The notes under the pieces were generated by a model. That model had not been told where the DNA came from, made no database searches, and worked only from the letters and a program-made list of their open reading frames with translations. A DNA stretch of 64,000 nucleotides, from assembly GCF_000143415.4 (NCBI RefSeq), contig NW_003314264.1, positions 1,745,710-1,809,709 of the forward strand, written 5' to 3'. Positions within the stretch are counted from its first letter, which is position 1. The number at the start of each line of letters is the position of its first letter. Positions 49,805 to 60,407 of the stretch are shown piece by piece. A program made the translations under genes and the position numbers. The DNA is from Selaginella moellendorffii (lineage: Eukaryota > Plantae > Lycopodiophyta).

Positions 49805-49901
49805 GTTTGATTCAGATTGTGTTTTTTGCTTTTCTTTTAGCTTGTTTTGATTATTTGATTGCCTTTGTCTTTTCCCCCCTTTCTTTTCTTTCTTCTTGCC
49901 A

Positions 49902-50873
49902 ATGGAGTCTCCAAGCCATCCTGATTTCTTTGCCGAAGTCCTTGCAAAAATCCAGTCTGAGAATACCGAGCTGAAGGCGACCCTTCTTCGCATGCAGCAG
50001 GAGCTTGCTTCACTTTCGGCTCAAGGATCCAGCAAAGTTCCTGAACCGAAGGTGAGTTTCCCGGCGAAATTTTCAGGCAAGCGTTCGGAGCTTCGTGGAT
50101 TTTTGAATCAAATGGAGCTGATCTTTGCACTTCAACATCGGCGGTACCCCACTCCCGAGTCTCAAATCGGCGCGATTGGGACGTTGCTCGAGGGTGCAGC
50201 TTTGTCATGGTTTTCTCCTCTTCTGGAGAAGAGCATGAAAGGGGTCGTGGTTCCGGAGCTGATGGATCTTCAATTGTTCAAAGAGAAGCTCGAAGCATGT
50301 TTTGGCGAGACGGATCGGGTTCGGGCTGCTACCACAAAGATGAGACGTCTCTCTTAGGGGTCTCGTCCTGCCTCAATCTACGCTGCAGAGTTCCAACTCC
50401 TTGCCTTGGACACTCAGTGGGATGAGCGGGCCCTGATTGACCAATTTCGTTTCGGCCTCAACAACGGTGTCAAGGATTTGTTGCTCACCATGGAGGATCC
50501 CAAGGACCTGTCGGACGCCATCAACAAAGCTGTTCGATGTGACAATCGTCTCTTTGAACGTCGTCAGGAAAGTCGCCGCGCCGCTGTTTTTCCGTCCCAG
50601 ACTCAGGAATCCCAGCTTGAGTCTTCGGGGCATAGTCCTGAACCTACTGCTCCGGTCCCGATGGATATTTCTGGTACTCCCCGACTCATTAGAGGGAAGT
50701 TGAGTCCTGCTGAGAGGCAACGTCGAATATCTCATAATCTTTGCCTCTACTGTGCTGATCCTAATCACAAAGCAGCTATGTGTCCCAGGAAGCCTCCCCG
50801 ATTGCTCGAGTTCACTCTGCCTCAAAGTCCACCACTGTTGCAGTCGGGAAACGACCCTGTCCAAACAGAGTAG
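49902..50873 (+). pseudogene. gag: gag (retrotransposon capsid + CCHC knuckle) interrupted by one in-frame TAG
   Basis: FPAKFSGKRSELRGFL, LLEGAALSWF, LS*GSRPASIYAAEF (TAG at 50355-50357), FRFGLN and CLYCADPNHKAAMC. Confidence 0.9.
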
Positions 50874-53800
50874 GAGCTGTCTGTTTGGACTCCCCAAATA
50901 AAAATCACTTTTCTTCCTTATCAAGCTCCTCACCACCTTTCATCAAAGCCACCACCAATTCCCGCAACTTCCGCGTTCCATGTCTCCTTTCTTTCACCGG
51001 ACAATCAGGACTCAAGGCTTTGGCGCTACTGGACTCGGGTGCAACTTCCTGCTTCATGGACACGGACTTTGCTGCCCGACATCACGTTCCTCTTTCTCCT
51101 ACCATACGGGATCTGAGGGTTGAAGGCATCGGCGGGCATTTTGTGTCTCCATCTTCTGGACTTAGGGAAACGTTGCCCGTTCGAGTACACATCGGGTCCA
51201 CCGTCACCGATATCGCCTTCAACATCATCAACAGCAAGTCTTCCTCTGTGGTGCTCGGTCTTCCTTGGTTCCAACTACATCAGCCTCAGATTTGTTGGAA
51301 GGACTTACAGCTCATCTCTCCCACATCACCATCTCCCACGGCTTCCCCTGGTGTTCATCGAGTCCGAATCAGGAAAAGTTCCCTAAACTCAAGTCGGGGT
51401 TCTGTTCCTGACTCTACGCAGTTTTCATCCTCTTCTTTTTTCTCTCTTCCATATTACACTGGACAGTATCCTCGTCTCATCATTCCATTTAGTCGTACTC
51501 CTCCTCCTATCTCCACAATCACTATGAAAGAACTCCTTCATGAAGAACCTCTTTTTCTTTTTGCTTTGCATGTTTCTCCTGTCAGTCTTCCTGAGAAGTA
51601 TCATGATTTTGGGGATGTGTTTGACAAGAAAAAAGCTAGTGTACTGCCTGTTCATCGGCCTTATGATTGTCCCATTGATTTACAGGAAGGAGCGTCACCT
51701 CCGTGGGGGCCTATCTACGGGTTATCCCCGTCCGAGCTTAAGGCCCTCAAAGAGTACGTGGATGAGAACCTTGCCTCGGGCTACATTCAGCATTCGCAGT
51801 CCCCGGCTGGAGCGCCTGTCTTCTTTGTCAAGAAGAAGGATGGGAGCTTGCGGCTAGTCATCGACTACCGAGGTTTGAACAAGGTGACTGTTCGGAACCG
51901 TTATCCACTGCCCCTGATCTCGGACCTGTTGGAACGCCTCGGCGGTGCCCGCTTCTTCACCAAGATCGACCTCCGTGGAGCATACAACCTGATCCGGATC
52001 CGGCCTGGTGATGAATGGAAGACTGCGTTCCGAACCCGCTATGGCCACTTCGAGTACACTGTCATGCCATTTGGCTTGACAAATGCTCCAGCGGTTTTCC
52101 AACACATGGCGAACGACGTTTTTCGGGAGTTTCTTGATCAGATGGTGATCGTCTACCTCGATGACATCCTCATCTACTCAAAAACTCAGGAGGAGCATGA
52201 CGAACATGTTCGCAAGGTGCTAGCGAAGCTGCGAGAACACGGCCTATACGCGAAGCTTGAGAAATGTTCCTTTGATCAGCAGTCTGTGGAGTTCCTTGGG
52301 TACATTGTCACTCCTGAGGGTATCACGATGGATCCTGCAAAAGTCAAGACTATTCTCGAATGGGAGCCTCCACAATCAATGTCAGACGTTCAGGTTTTCC
52401 TTGGCTTCGCCAACTTCTACCACAAATTCATTGATCACTACTCTGACATTGTCCTTCCTCTCACACATCTCACTCGCAAGGATGTTCCCTTCTCTTGGTC
52501 TGCTGCTGCCCAGCAGGCTTTCGACACACTCAAGGCGGCATTCAGTTCTGCTCCTGTCTTGATCCATGCTGATTCCTCACAACCTTTCTTCATCGAGGCT
52601 GACGCCTCCGACTTTGCCATTGGTGCTGTGCTATCTCAACTCGGAGCGGATCATGAACTTCATCCGGTCGCTTTCCATTCTCGGAAATTCCAGCCTGCGG
52701 AGATCAATTACGAAATCCACGACAAGGAGCTTCTTGCCATCGTGGATTCCTTTGGAGAGTGGCGCCGTTTCTTGGAGGGGGCAAGCCATCAAACAACAGT
52801 CTTGACGGATCACAAAAATCTCGAGTACTTTGCCACTTCCCGAGTTTTAAGCCGTCGTCAAGCAAGGTGGGCACAATTCCTGAGTCGGTTTGACTTTGTT
52901 ATCAAGTACAGACCTGGAAAGTTTCAAGGCCTTCCTGATGCTCTTTCAAGGCGCTCCTATCTCAGTCTCAGGCCTGGTAATCCTGCCTTCGATCAACAGG
53001 ATCAAGTTATCCTCGGTCCTGATCGGCTTCAAGTTATGGCAATTTCCCTGGCCCCTCAGGACTCCTCCTTGATGGATGCAATCAGAAACGATCTTCAATC
53101 CGATGATCTTGCTAGCGACATTTTTCCCCATCTTCAGGCTGGACACCCAGTGACTCCCGACTGCCGGCGATTTGACGAGTTCGAGTTCTTAGATGGCTTA
53201 TTGTACCGTGGGGAGCAGCTTTACGTTCCTGAAGGTGATGCTCGAAGGTTGATCCTGATGGCGTGCCACGATAGCCCGACTGCTGGTCACTTCGGCATTG
53301 CGAAAACCTATGAGCTAGTTGCACGGGACTTTTGGTGGCCTCACATGGACGACTACATCAAAGCTTTTGTTACCTCCTGTGACACTTGTGCCCGGAATAA
53401 GGTACCTCGCCACCTTCCTTCAGGTTTGCTTCGTTCCCTTCCGGTCCCTTCAGGTCCTTGGGAATCCATCTCCATGGATTTCTTGAGTGATCTTCCGAGT
53501 TCTGGAGGCTTCAACAGCATTTTAGTCGTGGTGGATCGCTTCACAAAGATGGCGCACTTCTTGCCATGTACCAAGGAGTTTTCGGGCGAGGACATGGCAA
53601 AACTGGTATTCAGGGAAATTTTCCGACTTCATGGGATTCCTACAGATGTGGTTTCGGATCGGGGGCCTCAGTTCATCTCTCATTTCTGGCAACGGTTTTT
53701 GCAGTTGCTTGGAGTGAAGGCCAACCTCTCTTCGGCATATCATCCTCAAACTGATGGGCAGTCCGAGCGAACGATTCAGACATTGGAACAATTCTTGAGG

Positions 53801-54619
53801 TGCTTCATCAACTATCATCAGGATAACTGGTTTGATATCCTTCCCCTTGCTGAGTTCTCCTATAACAACTCTGTTCACTCCTCTCTTCGAGTTTCCCCCT
53901 TCTTTGCGAACTCTGGCCGAAATCCCCGATTCAATCTCTCACTTCCTTCTCCATCTGAATCCTCTCGTTCAAATCCCCGCTCTGAATCATTTCTCTCCAA
54001 CCTTCAGGAAATCCACAACTCCATCTCCTTCCACCTCCATCGTGCTCAGGAATCTCATAAAACATTTGCCAATGTCCATCGTCAGGATTGTCCCCCTTAC
54101 AATATCGGGGATAAAGTCTGGCTCCTCAGGCGAAATATCTCCACCACCAGGCCCTGTCCAAAACTCGATTTCAAACGCCTTGGTCCTTTCCCTATCACTG
54201 CCATCATTAATCCTGTCACTTATCGCCTTGCACTTCCCTCCTCATATCAAATTCACCCCGTTTTTCACTCCTCTCTCCTTGAGCCTTATATTCCCAGTCC
54301 TATTCCAAATCGGGTCATTCCTCCGCCTCCACCAGTGCAGCTCGAGGATGGGTCTGAGTACGAGGTTCAGGACATCCTTGATTCCAAGATTTCACGATCT
54401 AAACTCTACTATCTGGTGGACTGGAAGGGTTACGGACCTGAGGAACGCACTTGGGAACCTGCGGACAACCTGATTCATTCTCCTGACCTTGTTCAGGACT
54501 TCCACCGCCGCTATCCTTCTCGTCCCAGTCCTCATTCTTTTTCTCCATCTCCCATCCCTCGCCGCTCATCTCATCCTCCTCTTCGTTCTCGTTCACATCC
54601 TCGTTCCACTCGTTCTTGA
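50846..54619 (+). CDS. pol: pol polyprotein (protease, RT, RNase H, integrase, chromodomain) in the -1 frame
   Basis: Uninterrupted ORF with LLDSGA, YLDD, ADASDFAIGAVL, HDSPTAGH..CDTC, SMDF..SDRG..E, GPF and YEVQDILD..YLVDWKGY..TWEP. Confidence 0.96.
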   Translation, partial: GKRPCPNRVGAVCLDSPNKNHFSSLSSSSPPFIKATTNSRNFRVPCLLSFTGQSGLKALALLDSGATSCFMDTDFAARHHVPLSPTIRDLRVEGIGGHFVSPSSGLRETLPVRVHIGSTVTDIAFNIINSKSSSVVLGLPWFQLHQPQICWKDLQLISPTSPSPTASPGVHRVRIRKSSLNSSRGSVPDSTQFSSSSFFSLPYYTGQYPRLIIPFSRTPPPISTITMKELLHEEPLFLFALHVSPVSLPEKYHDFGDVFDKKKASVLPVHRPYDCPIDLQEGASPPWGPIYGLSPSELKALKEYVDENLASGYIQHSQSPAGAPVFFVKKKDGSLRLVIDYRGLNKVTVRNRYPLPLISDLLERLGGARFFTKIDLRGAYNLIRIRPGDEWKTAFRTRYGHFEYTVMPFGLTNAPAVFQHMANDVFREFLDQMVIVYLDDILIYSKTQEEHDEHVRKVLAKLREHGLYAKLEKCSFDQQSVEFLGYIVTPEGITMDPAKVKTILEWEPPQSMSDVQVFLGFANFYHKFIDHYSDIVLPLTHLTRKDVPFSWSAAAQQAFDTLKAAFSSAPVLIHADSSQPFFIEADASDFAIGAVLSQLGADHELHPVAFHSRKFQPAEINYEIHDKELLAIVDSFGEWRRFLEGASHQTTVLTDHKNLEYFATSRVLSRRQARWAQFLSRFDFVIKYRPGKFQGLPDALSRRSYLSLRPGNPAFDQQDQVILGPDRLQVMAISLAPQDSSLMDAIRNDLQSDDLASDIFPHLQAGHPVTPDCRRFDEFEFLDGLLYRGEQLYVPEGDARRLILMACHDSPTAGHFGIAKTYELVARDFWWPHMDDYIKAFVTSCDTCARNKVPRHLPSGLLRSLPVPSGPWESISMDFLSDLPSSGGFNSILVVVDRFTKMAHFLPCTKEFSGEDMAKLVFREIFRLHGIPTDVVSDRGPQFISHFWQRFLQLLGVKANLSSAYHPQTDGQSERTIQTLEQFLRCFINYHQDNWFDILPLAEFSYNNSVHSSLRVSPFFANSGRNPRFNLSLPSPSESSRSNPRSESFLSNLQEIHNSISFHLHRAQESHKTFANVHRQDCPPYNIGDKVWLLRRNISTTRPCPKLDFKRLGPFPITAIINPVTYRLALPSSYQIHPVFHSSLLEPYIPSPIPNRVIPPPPPVQLEDGSEYEVQDILDSKISRSKLYYLVDWKGYGPEERTWEPADNLIHSPDLVQDFHRRYPSRPSPHSFSPSPIPRRSSHPPLRSRSHPRSTRS

Positions 54620-54630
54620 GGAGGGGGTGT

Positions 54631-55017
54631 TGTCAGGAATCCCCCAATTCTTGCCACATTCCTGACTCTCGCCGGATTCCTGACCTGCAGACCACATTCC
54701 TGACTCTCGAGACACTTCTCTATTCCTGACTCTCGAGACACTTCCCTATTCCTGACTCTCGAGACACTTCCCGATTCCTGAGTCTCGAGCCACATTCCTG
54801 ATGATGATGTGGCGCCTCCTCGACCTCAGCTGTATTTAGGCTGTCCTCGATCCAAGAGTGGTGGAGCTTCATCAACCTATAGTATATATAGGTTAGCCTT
54901 GTTCCATTTCTCCACAATCTGAATCAACACCAGTCTAAGGCCTTTTCTTTGTTTTCACTAGCTTTTTCTCTTTGTCTTTAGCATTTTCCAGTCTTGATCT
55001 TGTTGGGGGTCTTGACA
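54631..55017 (+). repeat. 3' LTR
   Basis: Direct repeat of 49418-49804. Confidence 0.96.
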
Positions 55018-56037
55018 ATCACTACTTTCAAGGAGGATGACGAAGATGAGCTAGCGAAGATTCTACTTGGCAGCCTCCAAGGAACAGACGCTGCATGGAA
55101 AGGGTTCCTTAAATCGAAGCTCTAGTGATCTTGAACAGGAAGACATGGGAAAGTTTCTCACAGGTTTCTAGCATGTTTGCCTATTTTTTCTTTTCTTTTC
55201 TACTTCTTTACATGACTACGCTAGAACTTCTGCATTGTCCAATAAAACACTATGAACCAAGACAACTCAAAAACTTTCCTTGAGCACAACTATCCATGGC
55301 ATGCTCCAGTGAAAACTAGCAATGGATGCTTTCATGAGGACAGATCCCCTTCGTTTACAGCTTTGCTATAAGATGGGGCTTACCTGACTTACGTGTCATG
55401 CATGAATATTTGCTGGACGAGCTCGTCTATGGAATCGCTCTCGTCTTTTTGCTGCCTGTCTGACAGTGGCTTACCAGCCTTGCCTTGCTCACCACTATCT
55501 CCGGAAATCCAAGTCTAAACAGGCCGCAGGTGATACATCTCAAACTTGGCTCCCTGCTCTTGAGGTTAGCCTTTATTGACTTACTAATGTTCGATCTACC
55601 TTTGCTCCAAGCCACAATGGGGTGCCTTGTTCTCACGTCAGACCATCCAACATAGATAGAAAAGTCCTACCATGCTCATCTCATGGCCATCTTGGAAACC
55701 TGGAAGTTGGCTCGGGCTTTTGGAGCCACCACGGAAGCTGTAAACTCTGGGTTGGGCTCAGAGCTACATAAGCGTTGGTGACCAGCACCAACACTTAGCA
55801 CATGGTAAGCAGCACCAACCTTTTTGCTTGGAAACCACAGGCACAAACCCCAGTGGTGATGATTGTCTGGACTGGAATTGCCCTCCTTTCAATCAAGTAG
55901 TATTCCATCATGTAGAGAAGGGGGTAGTCATGGCTTATATCAATTGTTTTGTCCCTGAAGAAAAGACATAGAGTCAATGATTGATAGGCATGGATTTCTT
56001 GGCAAGGAGCTCTAATATTGTCTCTTATAGCATAGTG

Positions 56038-56980
56038 TGATGGTATCAAAGAATGTTATCAAATTTAACAAAACTTTCTTAGACAGAAAATTAATAATAT
56101 AGAAAATTTAATTGTATTAAACTATAATTTTTAAATTAACATCCAGTGAAACTGAGACTCATATACTCATATGTTAAATGTAAAAGCCAATACTTATTTC
56201 AAATTCTTTTAAGGCTTGTTAATCTTAACCAGTAGATTGGCATATGCTTAGTTCCTAGCATTTGACATTATGAAACCAGCTTATTCATTTAAATATATAA
56301 GCACTAACAAGAATTTAAAAAATTAATATTAAATATAAATTCTTTAATAGTTTATTTAAAATACTTTTTAAAAATTTAGTGTCCAACATCTACCATTATT
56401 TAATAATATTATTAATAAATCACGATTCAAAGCCAAGTTGTAAGAACATGAAACATTCCTAGATCATATAGTTGTTGTTATAGCTAAAACTTAGAGCATA
56501 CAAAATCTAAGAATTTTAAATTTTATAACTAAAAGAATAAGTTATAATTAGAAAAAAATTTATAAAAATAAAATATGACCCATAATTAATATCAAAGAAA
56601 TGTTTAACAAAATTAAAGACATTTGACACTCATAGCATACGTTAAAGATTTATTTATTTATAAGTAAGTTGATACACCACATTATAATCGTAATTTGTAA
56701 TGGACTTATCAAAGATATATACCAATCACCTCAAATGAAACAAAATAAAAACACACTAATTTTTTTAATGTTCTATGTTAAATATCTTAATATAAAAATT
56801 ATAAAACATAAATAAACAACTTATATTGCAATTACTATAAAAAATAAAATTTAGTTTTCTTATAAATCTATTTTAACATATGTCTTTTATAGCATAATGT
56901 GATAGTATCAAAGAATGTTATCGAATTTTAAAAAACAATATTAGATAAGAATAATAATATAGAGCAATTTATTGTATTAA
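56038..56980 (+). repeat. Two direct copies (56038-56124 and ~56900-56980) of the AT-rich repeat that is inverted at 42073-42149
   Basis: TGAT(G/A)GTATCAAAGAATGTTATC..TAATAATATAGA..ATTGTATTAA is present in both copies. Confidence 0.8.
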
Positions 56981-57439
56981 GGCAATTATAATTAGTTCTC
57001 AGCTGTTAGATCTTAAGCATATGCCTGTAGATCGAATTTTAGTTGTTCGAGTTGTCTTACTAAAATTTTTATAGGATGATTGTTGTGATAATTAATTTCA
57101 GCTTAGCGCATAGGAAAGTTTGAAACTTCTTATATGATTGTATTTTTCCGGGTTAGGGTTTATAGGCGCCCGTCAAGAGCCAGGCCCTTGAAACGGTGTT
57201 GGTGAAAGTTGAAAATCCAATGCTCTTAATTACTAATAGTTCTAACTAAATTCGTTTTCTGTGTACAGGGAGCTCGTCTACTTAAGGAGAAAGAAGCCAA
57301 AGCATATTTGTACCAAGAGGAAGCTGCACTAGAACAAGCAGAAGCTTCACACATACCCTACAAAACATTAAGAAGGTAAACAGTCACAATCTGGACTTCG
57401 GTTCTTTGAAAAACAAGCTCTTGCAAAGTACGATCTTCA

Positions 57440-58464
57440 AACAGGACTCTCTTTTCTTTTCTCTACAAACGGCTTCACAAATATCAACTCATAGGCAAGT
57501 TGGACGTCCCTGATGCTCCTCACGGTTCCACACCCATCATCTTTGCCAAGACTTTGTCATACTTGTTGGCCCTCTCCAAGCACAAGTTCACATATGCAAT
57601 TCTGAAAGCTGAAGGTCAAATATTGGCGGGCACTGCATGAAAAGAAAAAGATGAATGAAGACATGAAAAGAGAAGAACTTACTTGGCTTGCAGTGTCTGT
57701 TCGACAAGTTCTGCCTGACTTCAGGACGAGCACAAGCTGCAGCCTTGGCAATTGCTTCCCACGTCTCGCTGGGGTTGAACTCGCTGATTAAGGCACATCG
57801 CTGTGCCGACAGGCGAAGCCGTTCCACCTCACACTCTGTTCGCTTGTGAGGCCCTTCATTGAACACGAACGCTCTCTCGGTCCGGCCAGTATCTGCGACA
57901 TCGTAAGGAGCCTAAGGAGGTGCTTCTGTGTCGAGATGAAAACCTTTTTGACTTTCGTCCGAGCTTGAGCTGTCGCTCCCCGATGCGTTACTGTCCTCGT
58001 TCAAGATGGCTTCACCTTCCTCCAAGGCATCGTTCGCCCCGGAAAGGACAATGACAAAGCCCTTCTGCTCCAGTTCATCTTCATCACTATCTGCAACGGA
58101 CGAGGAATTGTACTCTGCATCAGTTGGCGTGGTGAATTTTTCAACCTGACGAATCAATTCCAAATGCCTGGGTCGGAAGTTAAGCTCTGTCGATCTGCAC
58201 GGGTCAAGGTAACCTGGGGATTGCGAGCAGGGATGAAAGAACTCACCTCTCGAAATCCGCCATGGATGTGCTGATCAGGTGAAGGCAGGCATCGAGCGCA
58301 TCCGGGTTCATCTTCCCGCCCTTGAACCTGTTGAAGGCGAGCTGAGAAACAGCCGCCTGGTGGCGGTGGATGTTCAGGAACGGCTCCACAGCCTGGAGCA
58401 CCCCAAAGTTGAACTCGCTCGGCGGAAAACGAAAGGGATCGGTCACGCCCCACACATGCGCCAT
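57440..58464 (-). pseudogene. Spliced orphan gene with acidic central region and one in-frame stop
   Basis: ATG at 58464; intron 58246-58195 keeps the frame; ORFs 57912-58163 and 57588-57866 are the same frame split by TAG at 57912-57914. The 3' end is approximate. Confidence 0.6.
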
Positions 58465-58669
58465 CTTCAATTTCTTAGGGTTTGTGTGAGAGACAAACTA
58501 TAAAACATAACTAACATTAAGTAGACATGAAAAGTTAGCAAACTATACAAAACACTTTGATCCTGCTTGTCGATTCTTCATCACTATTATATAACTTGCA
58601 TAGATATAAGCTTCCAGCATTTTACGGATAAATTCTTTCTGGGTAACAAGGATAAGATATTCTTTGTCA

Positions 58670-59600
58670 CTAATTACTGAAGATTGCGATAGAACAAATG
58701 TTGGCGAGCAGGATATAGGGACGCCTCAAGAACAAACTCAGCAGCTCTCGCGGATCTAGCGCGATCGTTTTGGAGCCAACACGCGCCAAGGACGCCGATG
58801 AATTGGGGATGAACTCCTCGGCCTCCCGGATCGCGCCAGAAGATCGACGATGCACTCGTAGTGATCCCTTCCCGGATCGATGCCATAATCCACCGCCATG
58901 GACTGGAAGTGCTCGCATCCCTCCTCCAGCCGCCCGCCGTGGCTACTGCTCACGATCAAGGCCCCGAAAGTGATCTCCCCCGCCTTGACGCCCTGCTGCT
59001 GCACACCGCCTCGCTGGAGAGCCCCTTGGATTCGACATAGCCGGATATCATTGCGTTCCAAGAGGCTGCACCATGCAATCAAACACGCGCAGGGGATCGC
59101 CACTCGTGGCAATTGCCGAGATCGTCGTCGTCCAAGTGATCACAGCCATCTCGTCGAAGATCTTCCAGGCTTTCTCCATTCACGGCATTTGCGTGGAGCA
59201 TCGCGTTCCGGGCCACGGCGTCTTTGGGCGGCATATTCCAGAAGAGGTGGCGCGCCTCTGCCAGCCGTCTGATCATCTGGGAGTAGAAAGTGATCATGAC
59301 CGTCACCGTGGAGCATTGCGTTCCGGAATGCGGTCGAGCAGCATGGCCGCCATCTGCAGATGCCCGTTTTGGGCAAATGCCAATGCCATGATGTTCCAGG
59401 GGAAAAGATACCTCTGGGTATGGTGGGCGAAGCATTCGTTGGCCTCCTGGACGCTGCCGCACTTGCCGTACATGTCGATGACGAGATTTTGGAGGAAAGT
59501 GCTGGAGTGCAGAAGATCGTCATGCATGAGTCGCTGGTGGATCCAGCGTCCTTGGGAAACATTCCTGGTGCCAGCGACGTTCTTGAGCTGCGCAGTCGGC
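58670..59600 (-). pseudogene. Fragmented PLS-E PPR pseudogene
   Basis: PPR fragments in shifting frames: LQNLVIDMYGKCGSVQEA, ITFGALIVSSSHGGRLEEG..HYECIVDLLARSGR, WVSLARVG and YILLANI. Confidence 0.85.
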
Positions 59601-60407
59601 CCTTAACGGGCAGGCACACGCCAGTTAAGTTGATTTTGAGATTAATTGGCCTAAACAGTTGGTTCTCGCAGCAAAGAGCAGCCACGCGTCAAACTCCAGG
59701 ACTTGAAAGTTGGACGCAAGCTCTTGTCCGAGGGGAGATGCTCAAGAAGGTAATGTTTTTTTCCTTGGGTCATTTTCTCAGACTTACGAAAACTTCTGAA
59801 AAGAGTTACGAACGTATCGAGCTCAAGAAGAAGATCCTCACGGAATACGATTTTCCAGAAACCGGTCCACGACCCCGAGTACCTGAGCCCAGAGTTCATG
59901 ACTGCCTTGAAGGAGAGAAACTGCATCGACGATTTTCTCCATCGGCAAGAGAGGAGTTTGCAGGGACATATACTCTCACTGAATCAACCACGAGACGCTC
60001 CTGGCCTACTGTGAACCCTATCCGCTGCGAAAGCTTCGTCCCATGGCCGAGAAAGTGGCGAGAATGGGGGTTTTCGCCGTCACCGAGGAAACCGGGGCAG
60101 GAATTTCAGCCATGGTTACCAGCCACCCTCGCGGATTGAAAATATGCGCAACAAGGGAAAGGTGCGTCGTATTTTTTCTTTCTTGCAAACTTTTCTTATC
60201 TTCCATGTTCTGATTGCTCTAAGCTTTGTGCAGGCGCTAAAGAAGGCGCTCTTGCTCAAGTCCCTGCAGCATCTCTAGCGCAATGTGCGCGAGCTCACGG
60301 AAAGGATTCACAAGCATCGCTTGCGAGCTGTCTACTCTGAGAAGCAGAGGAAGGCGACTATAGAGGCCGGAGAGAGAGAGAGAGAGGATTTAAACGAACT
60401 TTCCTTG

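Larger units (their letters stand above)
49418..55017 (+). mobile_element. Full-length young Ty3/Gypsy chromovirus (Tcn1/Tf1-sushi-like)
   Basis: 387-bp LTRs TGTCA..TGACA with one difference seen; 5-bp TSD ATCAC (49413-49417, 55018-55022); gag, PR-RT-RH-IN-chromo pol; PPT GAGGAGGGGGTGT at 54618-54630. Confidence 0.97.

Noticed and set aside
59640-60400. Plus-strand coding-like fragment between the PPR relics
   Set aside because: Frames are broken and no family motif is recognisable.
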